Part shown: in pieces, positions 1-9,561 of the stretch
Layout: each line of letters starts with the position of its first letter
Numbering within the stretch: the stretch's first letter is position 1
DNA from: a virus
Reading direction: 5' to 3' (one strand)
Virus genome (UHGV): UHGV-0251828
Length of the DNA stretch: 39,579 bases
The notes under the pieces: generated by a model
The model's input: only the letters and a program-made list of their open reading frames with translations
Told to the model about the DNA's origin: nothing
Database searches by the model: none
Translations under genes and position numbers: made by a program

Positions 1-134
1 ACGACGGGCACGACGTATCGGGCGCGGCGGCGGAGCTGACCACCATGTTCTGCTACATCGTCGGTGTGAGCAAATGCCTGCGTGATATCCAGACGCACGC
101 GGAGTACATCAACGACAAGGCAGGGTTCTTCTGA
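1..134 (+). CDS. 3' end of a CDS entering from the window edge; probably the C-terminus of the Bro-N antirepressor-like CDS at 39003..39579
   Basis: Open frame from position 3 to TGA at 132-134; the 577 nt of the terminal ORF leave 1 nt that completes a codon with positions 1-2; no stop in the joined frame. Confidence 0.45.
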   Translation, partial: DGHDVSGAAAELTTMFCYIVGVSKCLRDIQTHAEYINDKAGFF

Positions 135-142
135 CGGGCGGC

Positions 143-165
143 GGCACAGGGATGTGCCTTTAAAT
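143..165 (+). terminator. intrinsic terminator-like hairpin after the wrapped CDS
   Basis: GGCACA-GGGA-TGTGCC stem-loop followed by TTTAAATAATT. Confidence 0.4.
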
Positions 166-206
166 AATTCTGTACAGATTGCAGACTGTGGGTGAATAGC
201 GTACTA

Positions 207-221
207 TTACCTCAAGGGTAA
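207..221. promoter_or_regulatory. operator-family site TTACCTCAAGGGTAA overlapping a candidate promoter
   Basis: Perfect TTACC-N5-GGTAA; TTGCAG (179-184), 17-bp spacer, TACTAT (202-207) immediately upstream. Confidence 0.55.
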
Positions 222-281
222 ACGGATTGGTTTCATTTTTATTAATCCGTGTAATGAACTTATGAGATATGAGGTAATGTC

Positions 282-461
282 ATGCGAAACGAAAAATTGC
301 AGATGCGTAGAGCGCAAGCTGCCGCAAGACGTTCTTTCAATGGAAGCGTAGAGTGCGTAAAAGTTACTATGACAAAAGATCACGCAAGTCGCGTATCCCG
401 CGCTTTCTTTGATTCTCGTAACAATAAGGAAAATTATGAGTTCGTCTGCGTCGCAGAATGA
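282..461 (+). CDS. hypothetical 59-aa protein with Arg/Ala-rich N-terminus; overlaps next gene by 26 nt
   Basis: ATG with GAGGT Shine-Dalgarno 7 nt upstream; not in ORF track (<60 aa); hand-translated MRNEKLQMRRAQAAARRSF... Confidence 0.35.
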   Translation: MRNEKLQMRRAQAAARRSFNGSVECVKVTMTKDHASRVSRAFFDSRNNKENYEFVCVAE

Positions 462-981
462 TAAAAATCAAATTGTCAGATATAAGGGTCGAGTATTGCA
501 TACGCAAAATTTCTCGGCCCTTTGTGCATCTGATCTTGAGCTGAAGAAAGTATCTGATGCCTTTACCCAGTATTGGAAAACGGGATACCATCCATCTCTT
601 GGTAAAGATGCTGCATTTGCTCGTCCGACAGAAATGCTTAAACTAAATGTCAGGCATACTCATGTCGATAACCAAGACTATATTCCAGAAGATAGTGATA
701 AAAAACACACTGGTAAAAAATCATCTTGGGATGCATGGAAAAAAATAGCGTCTGTGCAAGTAAAATGCATACCAACAAGTAATTGCTTTTTAGTTTATTC
801 GGTAAATCACAATCGTGATGCGCTGGTTATGTTTTTTGTTGACGCAGATGCCCACAACATAACTGAGCAAGAAGAGTTTAAAGAGGCAGCAATCACTATC
901 AGTTATCAATTCTTTGAGAAAACAAAAACAGAACCAATGCCTTTAGAAGAAGATCTTTTTTCTGATAAATGGAAGGAATAA
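436..981 (+). CDS. AT-rich accessory protein, 181 aa; possible YafO-like toxin fold (from memory)
   Basis: ATG at 436 with AAGGA SD (track ORF 409..981 starts at an upstream TTG); motifs VRHTHVD and FLVYSV...DADAH; terminator directly downstream. Confidence 0.6.
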   Translation: MSSSASQNDKNQIVRYKGRVLHTQNFSALCASDLELKKVSDAFTQYWKTGYHPSLGKDAAFARPTEMLKLNVRHTHVDNQDYIPEDSDKKHTGKKSSWDAWKKIASVQVKCIPTSNCFLVYSVNHNRDALVMFFVDADAHNITEQEEFKEAAITISYQFFEKTKTEPMPLEEDLFSDKWKE

Positions 982-1003
982 GCCCGCGCCGCGGGCTTTT
1001 TTG
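981..1003 (+). terminator. intrinsic terminator
   Basis: GCCCG-CGC-CGGGC hairpin followed by TTTTTT. Confidence 0.7.
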
Positions 1004-1074
1004 TGGACGAAACAAAAGTCAGTGCTACACTCATTGACGCCACATTGAGGTGGATTATAGATGGAAATTTCACA

Positions 1075-1236
1075 ATGAAAAAAGCATTTGCTGCACTGTT
1101 CGTTTTGTTGTCTCTGGTAGCTTCAACTCAGGCCTTTGCCGGTCGTTGTCAGCACGACAGCGATACTGCCGCTGACGGCTCCCGCTGCGGTGGGCGTTCT
1201 GCGGATTCCCGCCCGGGTGGCGGTGGCATTCGTTAA
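1075..1236 (+). CDS. small secreted peptide (53 aa; predicted Sec signal peptide, ~31-aa mature part with 2 Cys)
   Basis: MKKAFAALFVLLSLVASTQAFA signal-peptide-like N-terminus within track ORF 1003..1236; TTGACG -35-like hexamer at 1034-1039; weak SD. Confidence 0.4.
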   Translation: MKKAFAALFVLLSLVASTQAFAGRCQHDSDTAADGSRCGGRSADSRPGGGGIR

Positions 1237-1259
1237 AAACAAGGCCGCGAAAGCGGCCT
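1235..1259 (-). terminator. intrinsic terminator ending the minus-strand virion operon
   Basis: GGCCGC-GAAA-GCGGCC hairpin; T-run on minus strand (A-run 1235-1241 on plus). Confidence 0.6.
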
Positions 1260-1271
1260 GTGACATGTCAC
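1260..1271. repeat. perfect 12-bp palindrome GTGACATGTCAC, copy 1 of 3
   Basis: Exact match; contains the stop codon of the 1268..1564 gene; abuts the terminator hairpin. Confidence 0.8.
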
Positions 1272-1564
1272 GTTCCTTTTCTGAATGATAGCCGTTCGAA
1301 AAATGATGACATTCCACCGCAGACAATAGCAAAGATGATCCCACCAAAGAAGAGAAGGCCAGCCTGCCACCACTCCCACCGCCATACATCCACAGCGCCA
1401 ATCATACCAACAATCGCTCCAACAAACGGAATATAACTCACGACAAAAGCAACGGGAGCTGCAATTACCCAGTGCAACCCCCACCATGATTCAAGCCCAG
1501 CCATAATTGCTGCCAACTGAAAAAGACCAACGACGATATAAACAATGAATCCTATAGCTTGCAT
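1268..1564 (-). CDS. small membrane protein (98 aa, about 3 predicted TM segments)
   Basis: Track ORF; ATG with AGGTGA SD; hydrophobic segments. Confidence 0.6.
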   Translation of the reverse strand: MQAIGFIVYIVVGLFQLAAIMAGLESWWGLHWVIAAPVAFVVSYIPFVGAIVGMIGAVDVWRWEWWQAGLLFFGGIIFAIVCGGMSSFFERLSFRKGT

Positions 1565-1576
1565 GTAGTCACCTAT

Positions 1577-1750
1577 TTACCCATTAAAAATCAGAGGCCT
1601 CCCCTCAATAAGGCTTGCAACAAGAACTACTCCCTGCACAACAAAGATGAACCAGCAAATAGCTTGAGTCTGAGGGTTAAGAAAATATTTGTAGCGGTCA
1701 ATAAATAACAATCCACCAGAAATTATCACACTCAAAATAATTAAAAACAC
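1577..1750 (-). CDS. small hydrophobic protein (~57 aa), GTG start
   Basis: Hand-translated; AGGAAG SD 5 nt before GTG; two hydrophobic stretches; below ORF-track size cut-off. Confidence 0.3.
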   Translation of the reverse strand: MFLIILSVIISGGLLFIDRYKYFLNPQTQAICWFIFVVQGVVLVASLIEGRPLIFNG

Positions 1751-1759
1751 AACACTTCC

Positions 1760-4234
1760 TTATTGCGGAGTGACATCCTGAGGTCGCCACCAGTATGTCT
1801 GGTTAAACTCTTTCTTCGAACGTTGCTCCATTTTACGCAAATAGCCTGGTGAAAAATACTCCTGCATCTGGTTAAAGATCATGTGATCGAGAGCCGCCTT
1901 CAAGTACCAGAGATTCGCACCAGGCATCAAACCTTTCCCCAGCTTCACCAGATCACCACCAGTCTGCTCACTCTTCCCTTCCACAGCATTTAACGGTATG
2001 CCCTGAGCAATCTTCACTACGTCATCAACCAGACCAGCTACCGGGCCAAGCATCGACGCCAGCGCGCCGCTTCCGTACCTAGTGTGATCTGACAATAAAA
2101 AGTCACCATAAAGGCCAAGACCACCACCTTTCAGTAGAGCACCAAGCCAGAATTTTGCGGCATCTTCTCCTGTCATCTCTCGAGGATTACGACCAGACGC
2201 AAGGTCGTTAAGTTGTTGCGACAAAGCGCCAAGAATGGTCGTACTGGCAATAAACGTCGCAATATATGCCGCACGCCCACCAGCAGACGGCATACCCATA
2301 GCGCGTGACCAGTGACGCATAACAACCGAGATAGGGAACGATTTAAACAGGAAAACACTTCTCGTTAATTCACCTTTCCATGTTCCACGCTGAATACCAG
2401 AACCGGTTATCAGTTGCTCACGTGCTCCCGGTGTAATAACAGCCATATCAACTTCTTCAGTTACGGCACCGAGCAGTTTACGCATTGCCTCAAATTTCAC
2501 GCGTTCAGGCTCACCAAGATGTTTAACTGCTGAATCAGGGATACGCATAATGCTTTCCGGTGTCAGCATCGTATTATTACCGTTCCCCCAGTCCTCCTGT
2601 TGCGCCAGCTTCCATACGCTCCAGTCTGTGTCAGTAATCCCTTTGCTTTTCAGGATACGAAAATCAGAGTCATCGAGGCTACGAAGGTCTGGTGTTCGTG
2701 ACACTACTTCTCCCAGGCTTCCCATCATGGTTACGCCATAGGCGCGCTTGTGCGCATCTGACCATGCTGTAAGCCCACTGGCACGCATTACCGCCGTTGC
2801 CGCCCAACGAGACACTGACGGCCCCATATTATCCATCGCCCAGCGGTTAACGCTGCCAAGTAGAGATTCCATCGCCAGACCAGCGCGGCGCGCCCGCGCA
2901 AGTTCTGTACGGTTCGTTGGGTCCATAGCTTCAAGCTGGTTGCGGAATAACTGGTTCATTGGAAGGTTGGTAACCTTCGCAGACAGATACATGGTTCCAA
3001 GATCAGAGAACGATGACAGCAACGCGGATCCGAGTCTGCTGGCAACCAGCCAGTTGCGGATATTGTCAGACCATCGCGCGATGTGCGGATTCGCTACAGG
3101 CTGTGTCTTTCCGGAAATAAAGTTGTACAGATTCTCTGTGTTGTTCGCCAGCCGCTCGACTTTACCGGTTTTACTCGGGTTAGCTGTTGCCGTTTCTGCC
3201 TTAACCTGATCAAGAAGGGAGCGGAAAACATGATCGGGGTTTGGACCATATGTTTCCACCAGTGCAATATCTTTACTGATACCTTCCAGGTGACCGACCA
3301 TGATTTCCCATAGAGAGCGATCGCCATAAAGTTGCTGATATTGCAGATAGGAATCTGCATCTTTGAAATGTATCTGTCGTGATGCATTACCACGGTTAGC
3401 ACGTGCGCCGGAAATTCGCATTCCGGTATCAGTAAGCTTATTCAGCCCACCAGTAGCGATCGTGTTATAAGCCTCTCCAAGAAATGCAGACAACTCGGCA
3501 TCGTTCATCAGTTGTCCATCGGCTCGGATATAATATTTGCGATCCAGCTTACCTATAACATCGCTAACCCACTTATCCTTTGATACCGCCCCAACCTTTT
3601 CCATAGAATGATGTTGAGGGATCCCCCAGTTTTCGAGATAGCCAATGTCCCCACCAGCATCATTAAACCTGCGGCGCAGTAGCTCTGTCACTTCTCTCCA
3701 CGCCTTAGCACCTTTTCTTGCTTTAGCATTGCCAGTATTTTGCCCCCGCATTTCATATACCAGGTCACGTACGCCCGCTTCATCTTCAAACAGACCAAAA
3801 AAGCGAGGATCAACTGCTTCGAATGCCTCCTGCAATTGACTCAATGCATAATCACGGGTGGCTTTTGTTCTGGATTCAACAGAGAGGAAATTCGATTTAC
3901 CGTCTGCATTAAAAGCAATAGTACGGTTAAGAGCGCCAAGTTTCCCATCAGCCCCTTGATAGCTATTGATAAATTTATCCAATCTCTGACGTGCGGCTAT
4001 AGTGAGGGCCACACGACGTTTCTTTAATGCCGCTTCTCGCTGTAATTCTTCAGATGCCAATTGTGCTGCACGATATAGCCGCTCTGATTCGGAAAGTTGT
4101 CTCCACGACATCGGGTCATCACGAGCAATGGAGCGCATATTTCGATAAATGCGGTCTTCAATGTTCTGTATTTCTCGCGCCGTTAACGTGCGCTGCGCCG
4201 CCTGCTGGACCGCTTGTATACATTCCTGTCTCAT
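1760..4234 (-). CDS. internal virion/ejection protein (T7 gp16-like position)
   Basis: 824-aa track ORF; GAGAGG SD; last large gene of the virion operon. Confidence 0.75.
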   Translation of the reverse strand: MRQECIQAVQQAAQRTLTAREIQNIEDRIYRNMRSIARDDPMSWRQLSESERLYRAAQLASEELQREAALKKRRVALTIAARQRLDKFINSYQGADGKLGALNRTIAFNADGKSNFLSVESRTKATRDYALSQLQEAFEAVDPRFFGLFEDEAGVRDLVYEMRGQNTGNAKARKGAKAWREVTELLRRRFNDAGGDIGYLENWGIPQHHSMEKVGAVSKDKWVSDVIGKLDRKYYIRADGQLMNDAELSAFLGEAYNTIATGGLNKLTDTGMRISGARANRGNASRQIHFKDADSYLQYQQLYGDRSLWEIMVGHLEGISKDIALVETYGPNPDHVFRSLLDQVKAETATANPSKTGKVERLANNTENLYNFISGKTQPVANPHIARWSDNIRNWLVASRLGSALLSSFSDLGTMYLSAKVTNLPMNQLFRNQLEAMDPTNRTELARARRAGLAMESLLGSVNRWAMDNMGPSVSRWAATAVMRASGLTAWSDAHKRAYGVTMMGSLGEVVSRTPDLRSLDDSDFRILKSKGITDTDWSVWKLAQQEDWGNGNNTMLTPESIMRIPDSAVKHLGEPERVKFEAMRKLLGAVTEEVDMAVITPGAREQLITGSGIQRGTWKGELTRSVFLFKSFPISVVMRHWSRAMGMPSAGGRAAYIATFIASTTILGALSQQLNDLASGRNPREMTGEDAAKFWLGALLKGGGLGLYGDFLLSDHTRYGSGALASMLGPVAGLVDDVVKIAQGIPLNAVEGKSEQTGGDLVKLGKGLMPGANLWYLKAALDHMIFNQMQEYFSPGYLRKMEQRSKKEFNQTYWWRPQDVTPQ

Positions 4235-4239
4235 TTAAT

Positions 4240-6042
4240 TTAACCTCTCAAGAAACACGCCACAGCGACATCAAACAGGCTGGAATCCTGTATTGCCTGC
4301 TCACTTTCCCTGTTCGCTTCATCCAGTACTTCACGCGCGCTGCGCGATTGTGGATTACCATCATCATCCAGCACGGTGATTATCATGTCCGGAGATTCAA
4401 GCAGCGAGTCTTCAGCTATACGCAGATCAATATCTCCTGCCGGATCTGCCATCATTTTTTGTTCTGTCTGTTGCAATATCTTACCGGGCTCAAAAGGAGC
4501 TACTTCGTCTGGCGTCCTGACCTCTGCTGTTTTATAGAATGAAACAGCCTGAGCATTAAGTTCACTTTCTGCCTGCTGTCGCCGTGCCAGTTCTGCTCGA
4601 GCTTCAAAAAACTGACCGCCAGGCTCATGCGGTGCCAACGCGTTACGGGAAAATTCCAGGCGTTCTTGTGCCTGCCGGATTCGTTGGTCAATATCGCGCA
4701 GTCTGGCCTGTTTATCTGATCGAGCACGAGATAAAGCCTTACCGCTACCGGTTGGCTCTTCTGCAAGAATTTGTGCGCGCTGTTCAGTGAGATTTTCAAT
4801 AATTCGTTGGCTATTAGCGATTTCAGACTGGTAAACCTGTCTATCGCCACGCGGCAAAAGCTGCGCGGCCTGTTCTTCAAGCAACCGATTTTCTATAGCG
4901 CGCGCCGTTACTCCATCATCTACAGATGACAGAGCCTCATTAACTGCCTGAGACAGCAGACTCTTGCGCCCAGGAATTTCACTGAAAGATGCAGACTCAA
5001 CAATGCTGGCAACGTCTACAGGCCTCCCCTGGCTAACATCAGACATGGCTTTTCGCAGAGCCTGAATGTGCGAATTACGCGAAAGCACGTTGATCGGAAC
5101 GCCGGGCGCAATATCAATTTCAGCATGATGAGCGGCATTCGCCGCCAGTGCAGCATCGATATCAACTGGTGAAAAATTTGGTGCGTTTGTAGACTCGCCG
5201 CGAGAGTTAATAAATCTGCCGACACCACCAAACGCCACCCCAAGAACAGCATCAATAGCAATTGCCTGTCGATCCAACACATCATACTGGTTAGCCATTT
5301 CGCTATAGCCACCATCACGAAGCGTTTTTGCAGTAAGCCCACGCTGTGCCATACCGAACGCAATATTTGTACCTGCGGCATAGGCAATATCTGGCGTTGC
5401 ACGTACTGCTGTTGCTGCGGCGCGTCGCACTGAACTCTCACCCGTCCGCGCAAGCTGAGCCGCCACACCTTCCGCCAGCGCACCACCAGCACGTAACCCG
5501 AGGCTCATAGGGATCAGTGTTCCGGCACCAGCAGTAATGCCCTGCACTAATCCCGCTTCCTGCGCCGTCCTGAAATCAACACCCTGTGCTGTCAGCCGTT
5601 CAAACTCAGAAAAACCCTGTAGCGAAGTTACCGCCGCTGCACCTCCGACAGGACCTCCGAGCGTTGTACCGACAACAGCCTGCCCGCCCATATCGAACAA
5701 CCCATAAAGAACCTGCCCGGCGGTTCCGGTTGTCGCGGCATCAGGCGTCAGCCGCTTAACCTGCTGCTCTGCTAGTTTTCTCTGCTCAGCAATGTATGAA
5801 ACTGAAGTGTCATTGAGCGAGGTGTTTTCGTTAACAAACTGAGCAATCGGGGATACGATTTTATCCATCCCTGCCCATAGCAACTGATCTGGCTTTGCCA
5901 CCAGCCCGGAGTACAAACCAGACAATGCCGCTCCTACAGCATTGTCGAAAAAACCAACATCGCTGTTAAAGCCAGCTGGATTTGATGCTGCTTCGTCAAG
6001 CTGCTGATTCTGGTTTACTGGATTAAGGCCAAAGTAACTCAT
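4240..6042 (-). CDS. internal virion/ejection protein
   Basis: 600-aa track ORF; ATGA overlap with upstream gene; Gly/Ala-rich. Confidence 0.75.
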   Translation of the reverse strand: MSYFGLNPVNQNQQLDEAASNPAGFNSDVGFFDNAVGAALSGLYSGLVAKPDQLLWAGMDKIVSPIAQFVNENTSLNDTSVSYIAEQRKLAEQQVKRLTPDAATTGTAGQVLYGLFDMGGQAVVGTTLGGPVGGAAAVTSLQGFSEFERLTAQGVDFRTAQEAGLVQGITAGAGTLIPMSLGLRAGGALAEGVAAQLARTGESSVRRAAATAVRATPDIAYAAGTNIAFGMAQRGLTAKTLRDGGYSEMANQYDVLDRQAIAIDAVLGVAFGGVGRFINSRGESTNAPNFSPVDIDAALAANAAHHAEIDIAPGVPINVLSRNSHIQALRKAMSDVSQGRPVDVASIVESASFSEIPGRKSLLSQAVNEALSSVDDGVTARAIENRLLEEQAAQLLPRGDRQVYQSEIANSQRIIENLTEQRAQILAEEPTGSGKALSRARSDKQARLRDIDQRIRQAQERLEFSRNALAPHEPGGQFFEARAELARRQQAESELNAQAVSFYKTAEVRTPDEVAPFEPGKILQQTEQKMMADPAGDIDLRIAEDSLLESPDMIITVLDDDGNPQSRSAREVLDEANRESEQAIQDSSLFDVAVACFLRG

Positions 6043-8552
6043 TGCGGAATATCTCCGGAGAATCTCTGACGCTTCTGTGTCAGATTAAGAACAACGGGAG
6101 AACCATCATCTTTCAGCAGATAACCAGTACCAAGTTTCACCAGGTACTGACTATCGCCGTAACTTTGCAAACCATACTGACCAGGCGGTGTTTTTATCCC
6201 GGAGCCGACAACTTGTTCATTCCAAGCCTGATTAACCTGCTTATCGAATTGCTCTGCAGACATTCCCCACGGCAAAAGGACATTCCCCATTCCGTTATAG
6301 TCATGCACGCCACCTGTAGCTACGTTAACAGCCTGTTTCCAGACATCATTGTCAATTTCGCCTGGTACCACGCCTTTTTTCGCCATCACACCAGCGTAAT
6401 AGTCCTTTGCGATCTCGTATGCCATTGATGCCCCCTGAGCATCACCAGCAAATGCATCCTTCACCATGTCAGAAAACTCAAGGCGAAGATCAGCATCTTT
6501 AGGCATCGGAATACCTTTCGCATCATCAGTACCTTTACGAGCAGCCGCGCCAGCAAGAATTGTCTGCGCAGCGGTTTCAGGAGACACGGAAACATCCGGA
6601 TTAAACCAGTTTTTTTCTGCCAAAATACCACTAGGCTTATCCATCAGTATCCCGGCAACGGCAGCAGATGGAGCGTTGGCACTGATCTGCTGTAGTGCTG
6701 ACATATACACCTGCCCACCACCAGTGCTTTGCCTGATGGTATCGAGATATGCTGCCTGTTGGGAAACTGGCGCATCACGAAAGAAAACACCGATTTGATT
6801 GGCCTCGTCTTTGGAAAAGAACGTCAGTGGAGTGCCATATGACTTGGCAAGATCACTAACCTGAGCGGCACGCAAGGCAACGCTCTGTCCAAAGTTATCC
6901 TTATTGCTCATGTCGATAGGCTTTGCCTGTCCGGCGGCAAGAGAGAACTGCACAGGATCCGATTGCCGCTGCTTTATCACCTGATTTGCAGCCGAAACAA
7001 CGTTGTCATAAAGAGCTGCGCGAGCCGCATAACCCTCCCCTGTCTCACCAGTATCTGGGCGCAATTGCTCAACATATGCTGTAATGCTGCTTGTCGGCAT
7101 GTTGCGGAAAGAGCCTATATACTGTCCGGCGATCTGCGTATTTCTGAACTCGGTATATCGCAGGTTTCCTTCTCTGACGCCATAAGCTGCAATAAAATCA
7201 TCCTCACCTGGTGGGTTAGGAAATTCAACGCCACGCATATACGCAGCCGTCGCATCGCGAACCCGGCTGTCGAGCATCGTTTTATATTCAGCCTGCTGTT
7301 GTCTGGCTAGTGCATCAGTCTGTCGCAACACGCTGGCCTGATCTGATTCACTTAAAGCATCGAACCAGGCTACACCGGTATAACGTTTATTTTTTGTCGG
7401 TAGCTGAGAAAGCCCCAGCGCGGCACTAACACCATCAGTTAACTGCTGATCACTGTATGGCTGGCTACCGTTTTCATGATGGATAATGGCTGCACAAAGC
7501 GCCTTCAGGGTATCAGGATTTGATGCATCGAGAGGCTCATCAGCAGAAACGCCAAGTTGTTCGCACACTGCTTTGATATACGACATAGTGTCATTTTTAT
7601 CAGTAGGCGGTGCCCAGCGATTAATTATCTCGCTGACGGTATCAATACCCTGCCGCTGATACGACATCAGGTTCCGCCCTAATGCACGAATACCGTGTTC
7701 AGGGGTTTCGAATTTGGCAAAGCGACCATCATCACCAGTCTGCCCAACCCACGGATTAGTTTTGCTGTATTCAAGATTGCCGGGGTTATTGTTGCGTATA
7801 CCGCGGGTACGATCGGAAGAGCCACTATCTGCTACAGCACGGCGAGATCCAACAGCAGTATCGCTTAACTCGCCGTTTTGCTGTCTTACCTGAAGATAGT
7901 TTGCTCCAATAGCATTTTGAGCAGTTGCTTTTGCTGTTGCTTCTTTAAACTCGATTTTCTTGGCCCGAATCTGCTCGTCGCTCCAGCCATGCGCAATGCC
8001 GTAATCCTCAATTTGCTGGAAAGTTTGCTTATTAGCCAATACGTATGCGGCGTTGTCGCCATACAATGCTGCGGCATTTTTACCATTGTTCAGCAGCGTA
8101 GCCTGAAACTGACCTTCTTCGTAGGCATTTATTTGCCCTATCTCGTGCCGCCCGGCCTGCGTAGTGAACTGAATACGCTGCTGCTGTGCCTGCTGCATGA
8201 AAGCATTACGAGCCTGTTCATCTTGCAGCGACATAGCCAGTTGTTCGACCTGAGCATCAAACTGCTGCGTATACTCCTGACCTTTTCCAATAGCATTTTT
8301 CCCTTTCAGGTTAAGCAAACCTGTTTCAGGGTTATTCAGCAGATCGCTGCTTATCTGACTGAGGTTAAGAGATGCCTCCTGTGCCAGAGCGATATTGGCA
8401 CGCTGTTTTGCCTGACCAAAAACATCAATTGCCTCTGTCCCTGCCCGAACAAAAGCATCACCAATACCTGGCTGAGAAAACGTCTGCAAGCCTGCTGACT
8501 GAACTCCACGACTCTCAACCTGACGTCCGGATACTGTTGGTACAACTGGCAT
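6039..8552 (-). CDS. internal virion protein (T7 gp15-like position), ~837 aa
   Basis: Track ORF 6039..8627 trimmed to ATG at 8552 (GGAGG SD, TAATG overlap with upstream stop). Confidence 0.75.
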   Translation of the reverse strand: MPVVPTVSGRQVESRGVQSAGLQTFSQPGIGDAFVRAGTEAIDVFGQAKQRANIALAQEASLNLSQISSDLLNNPETGLLNLKGKNAIGKGQEYTQQFDAQVEQLAMSLQDEQARNAFMQQAQQQRIQFTTQAGRHEIGQINAYEEGQFQATLLNNGKNAAALYGDNAAYVLANKQTFQQIEDYGIAHGWSDEQIRAKKIEFKEATAKATAQNAIGANYLQVRQQNGELSDTAVGSRRAVADSGSSDRTRGIRNNNPGNLEYSKTNPWVGQTGDDGRFAKFETPEHGIRALGRNLMSYQRQGIDTVSEIINRWAPPTDKNDTMSYIKAVCEQLGVSADEPLDASNPDTLKALCAAIIHHENGSQPYSDQQLTDGVSAALGLSQLPTKNKRYTGVAWFDALSESDQASVLRQTDALARQQQAEYKTMLDSRVRDATAAYMRGVEFPNPPGEDDFIAAYGVREGNLRYTEFRNTQIAGQYIGSFRNMPTSSITAYVEQLRPDTGETGEGYAARAALYDNVVSAANQVIKQRQSDPVQFSLAAGQAKPIDMSNKDNFGQSVALRAAQVSDLAKSYGTPLTFFSKDEANQIGVFFRDAPVSQQAAYLDTIRQSTGGGQVYMSALQQISANAPSAAVAGILMDKPSGILAEKNWFNPDVSVSPETAAQTILAGAAARKGTDDAKGIPMPKDADLRLEFSDMVKDAFAGDAQGASMAYEIAKDYYAGVMAKKGVVPGEIDNDVWKQAVNVATGGVHDYNGMGNVLLPWGMSAEQFDKQVNQAWNEQVVGSGIKTPPGQYGLQSYGDSQYLVKLGTGYLLKDDGSPVVLNLTQKRQRFSGDIPQ

Positions 8553-9097
8553 TATAATCCTCCGGGTAATCTGGTTCCTGCTGCTGCCCCGATTGGCGCA
8601 GGAGTGCTTTGAGTAAACGGACTCCACGTCCCACCAAACATCTGGTACGCACCGTATGCCTTCAGAGGCGCAGTGAGCAATGTTGTTGCTGCTCCCACAT
8701 TCACCTGTTTACGGGCTGAACTGGCTTCTGCTTTATAGTTGGCAGCCTGAACCTGATAACCGTAAGCCTCGCGTTGCGCGTTATTCACCGTCGTCAGAGA
8801 ATCAAGAGCGCCAAACTGGGCAGTGTCGCCAAATATATCCAGCGCGTTACCTGTAGATAAATCAGCGCCGGTAGCCCCCATTGTCGCCGCCTGTGTACCA
8901 AGCCGCTGTCGGGTCTCTCTGCGCCGTTGCTCAGCTTCAGCGTTACCTCTGTTTATTGCATCATTTGCCTGAGCTGTGGCTATATCTGCGTTCGCTTCTG
9001 CAACCTTCGAGGCATACTTTCCCTGTTGGTACTGGGTGTATGCCTGAATGCCACTCATGGCGAGCATTGCGCCACCAGCAATAACCGGATCGCACAT
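8552..9097 (-). CDS. internal virion protein B-like (181 aa)
   Basis: Track ORF; translationally coupled; Ala/Gln-rich with N-terminal hydrophobic segment. Confidence 0.65.
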   Translation of the reverse strand: MCDPVIAGGAMLAMSGIQAYTQYQQGKYASKVAEANADIATAQANDAINRGNAEAEQRRRETRQRLGTQAATMGATGADLSTGNALDIFGDTAQFGALDSLTTVNNAQREAYGYQVQAANYKAEASSARKQVNVGAATTLLTAPLKAYGAYQMFGGTWSPFTQSTPAPIGAAAGTRLPGGL

Positions 9098-9561
9098 TAT
9101 TTTCTCTCCATGTGAAATCTGTGGAAATTAAGACCAAGAGCACCATAAGGCGCGGCTTCTTCAAGCCTGAATCCAAGCCAGTGCAGCCATGCTTTGGCAA
9201 CATGGTTTCGCTCGTCGACGTAGTTTTCCAGGCGCGGATAAACTGCCAGCATCTGCTGCAATACCGGGCGGCAGTGGCGCAGAAATGTCTTCTGATATTT
9301 TTCAATACGGCTTGTCCCGACCAGCCATGGCGTACCATTGCCACCGATCATTGACGCCGGAGATACACCAAACATGGTTACCAGTTCTCCGTTCGCAAAT
9401 CCTGACCAGGCCATAGTCGCAGTGCGCAGACCAACACGCAGCGCATCTTCGGTAGTCATCAGCGATACCGCATACAGTTCGTCAATATCAGCCTGACGAA
9501 CATCCGGCAAAATCATCTGAAGATGCTCTTCGGTTGCGGGAATAATTTGAACATCGATCAT
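9097..9561 (-). CDS. internal virion protein A-like (154 aa)
   Basis: Track ORF; start overlaps upstream stop. Confidence 0.6.
   Translation of the reverse strand: MIDVQIIPATEEHLQMILPDVRQADIDELYAVSLMTTEDALRVGLRTATMAWSGFANGELVTMFGVSPASMIGGNGTPWLVGTSRIEKYQKTFLRHCRPVLQQMLAVYPRLENYVDERNHVAKAWLHWLGFRLEEAAPYGALGLNFHRFHMERK

Noticed and set aside
170-185. LexA-like CTGT motif near 170
   Set aside because: The downstream half is CAGA, not ACAG at the required 8-nt spacing.
1123-1487. Minus-strand ORFs 1123..1401 and 1233..1487
   Set aside because: They cross the terminator hairpin and palindrome and overlap the better-supported secreted-peptide and membrane-protein genes.
2173-5492. Numerous 60-170-aa ORFs on the strand opposite the large virion genes (for example 2173..2358, 2748..3209, 4027..4542, 5016..5492)
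   Set aside because: Fully embedded antisense to long, translationally coupled genes; no SD or start context; typical spurious ORFs.
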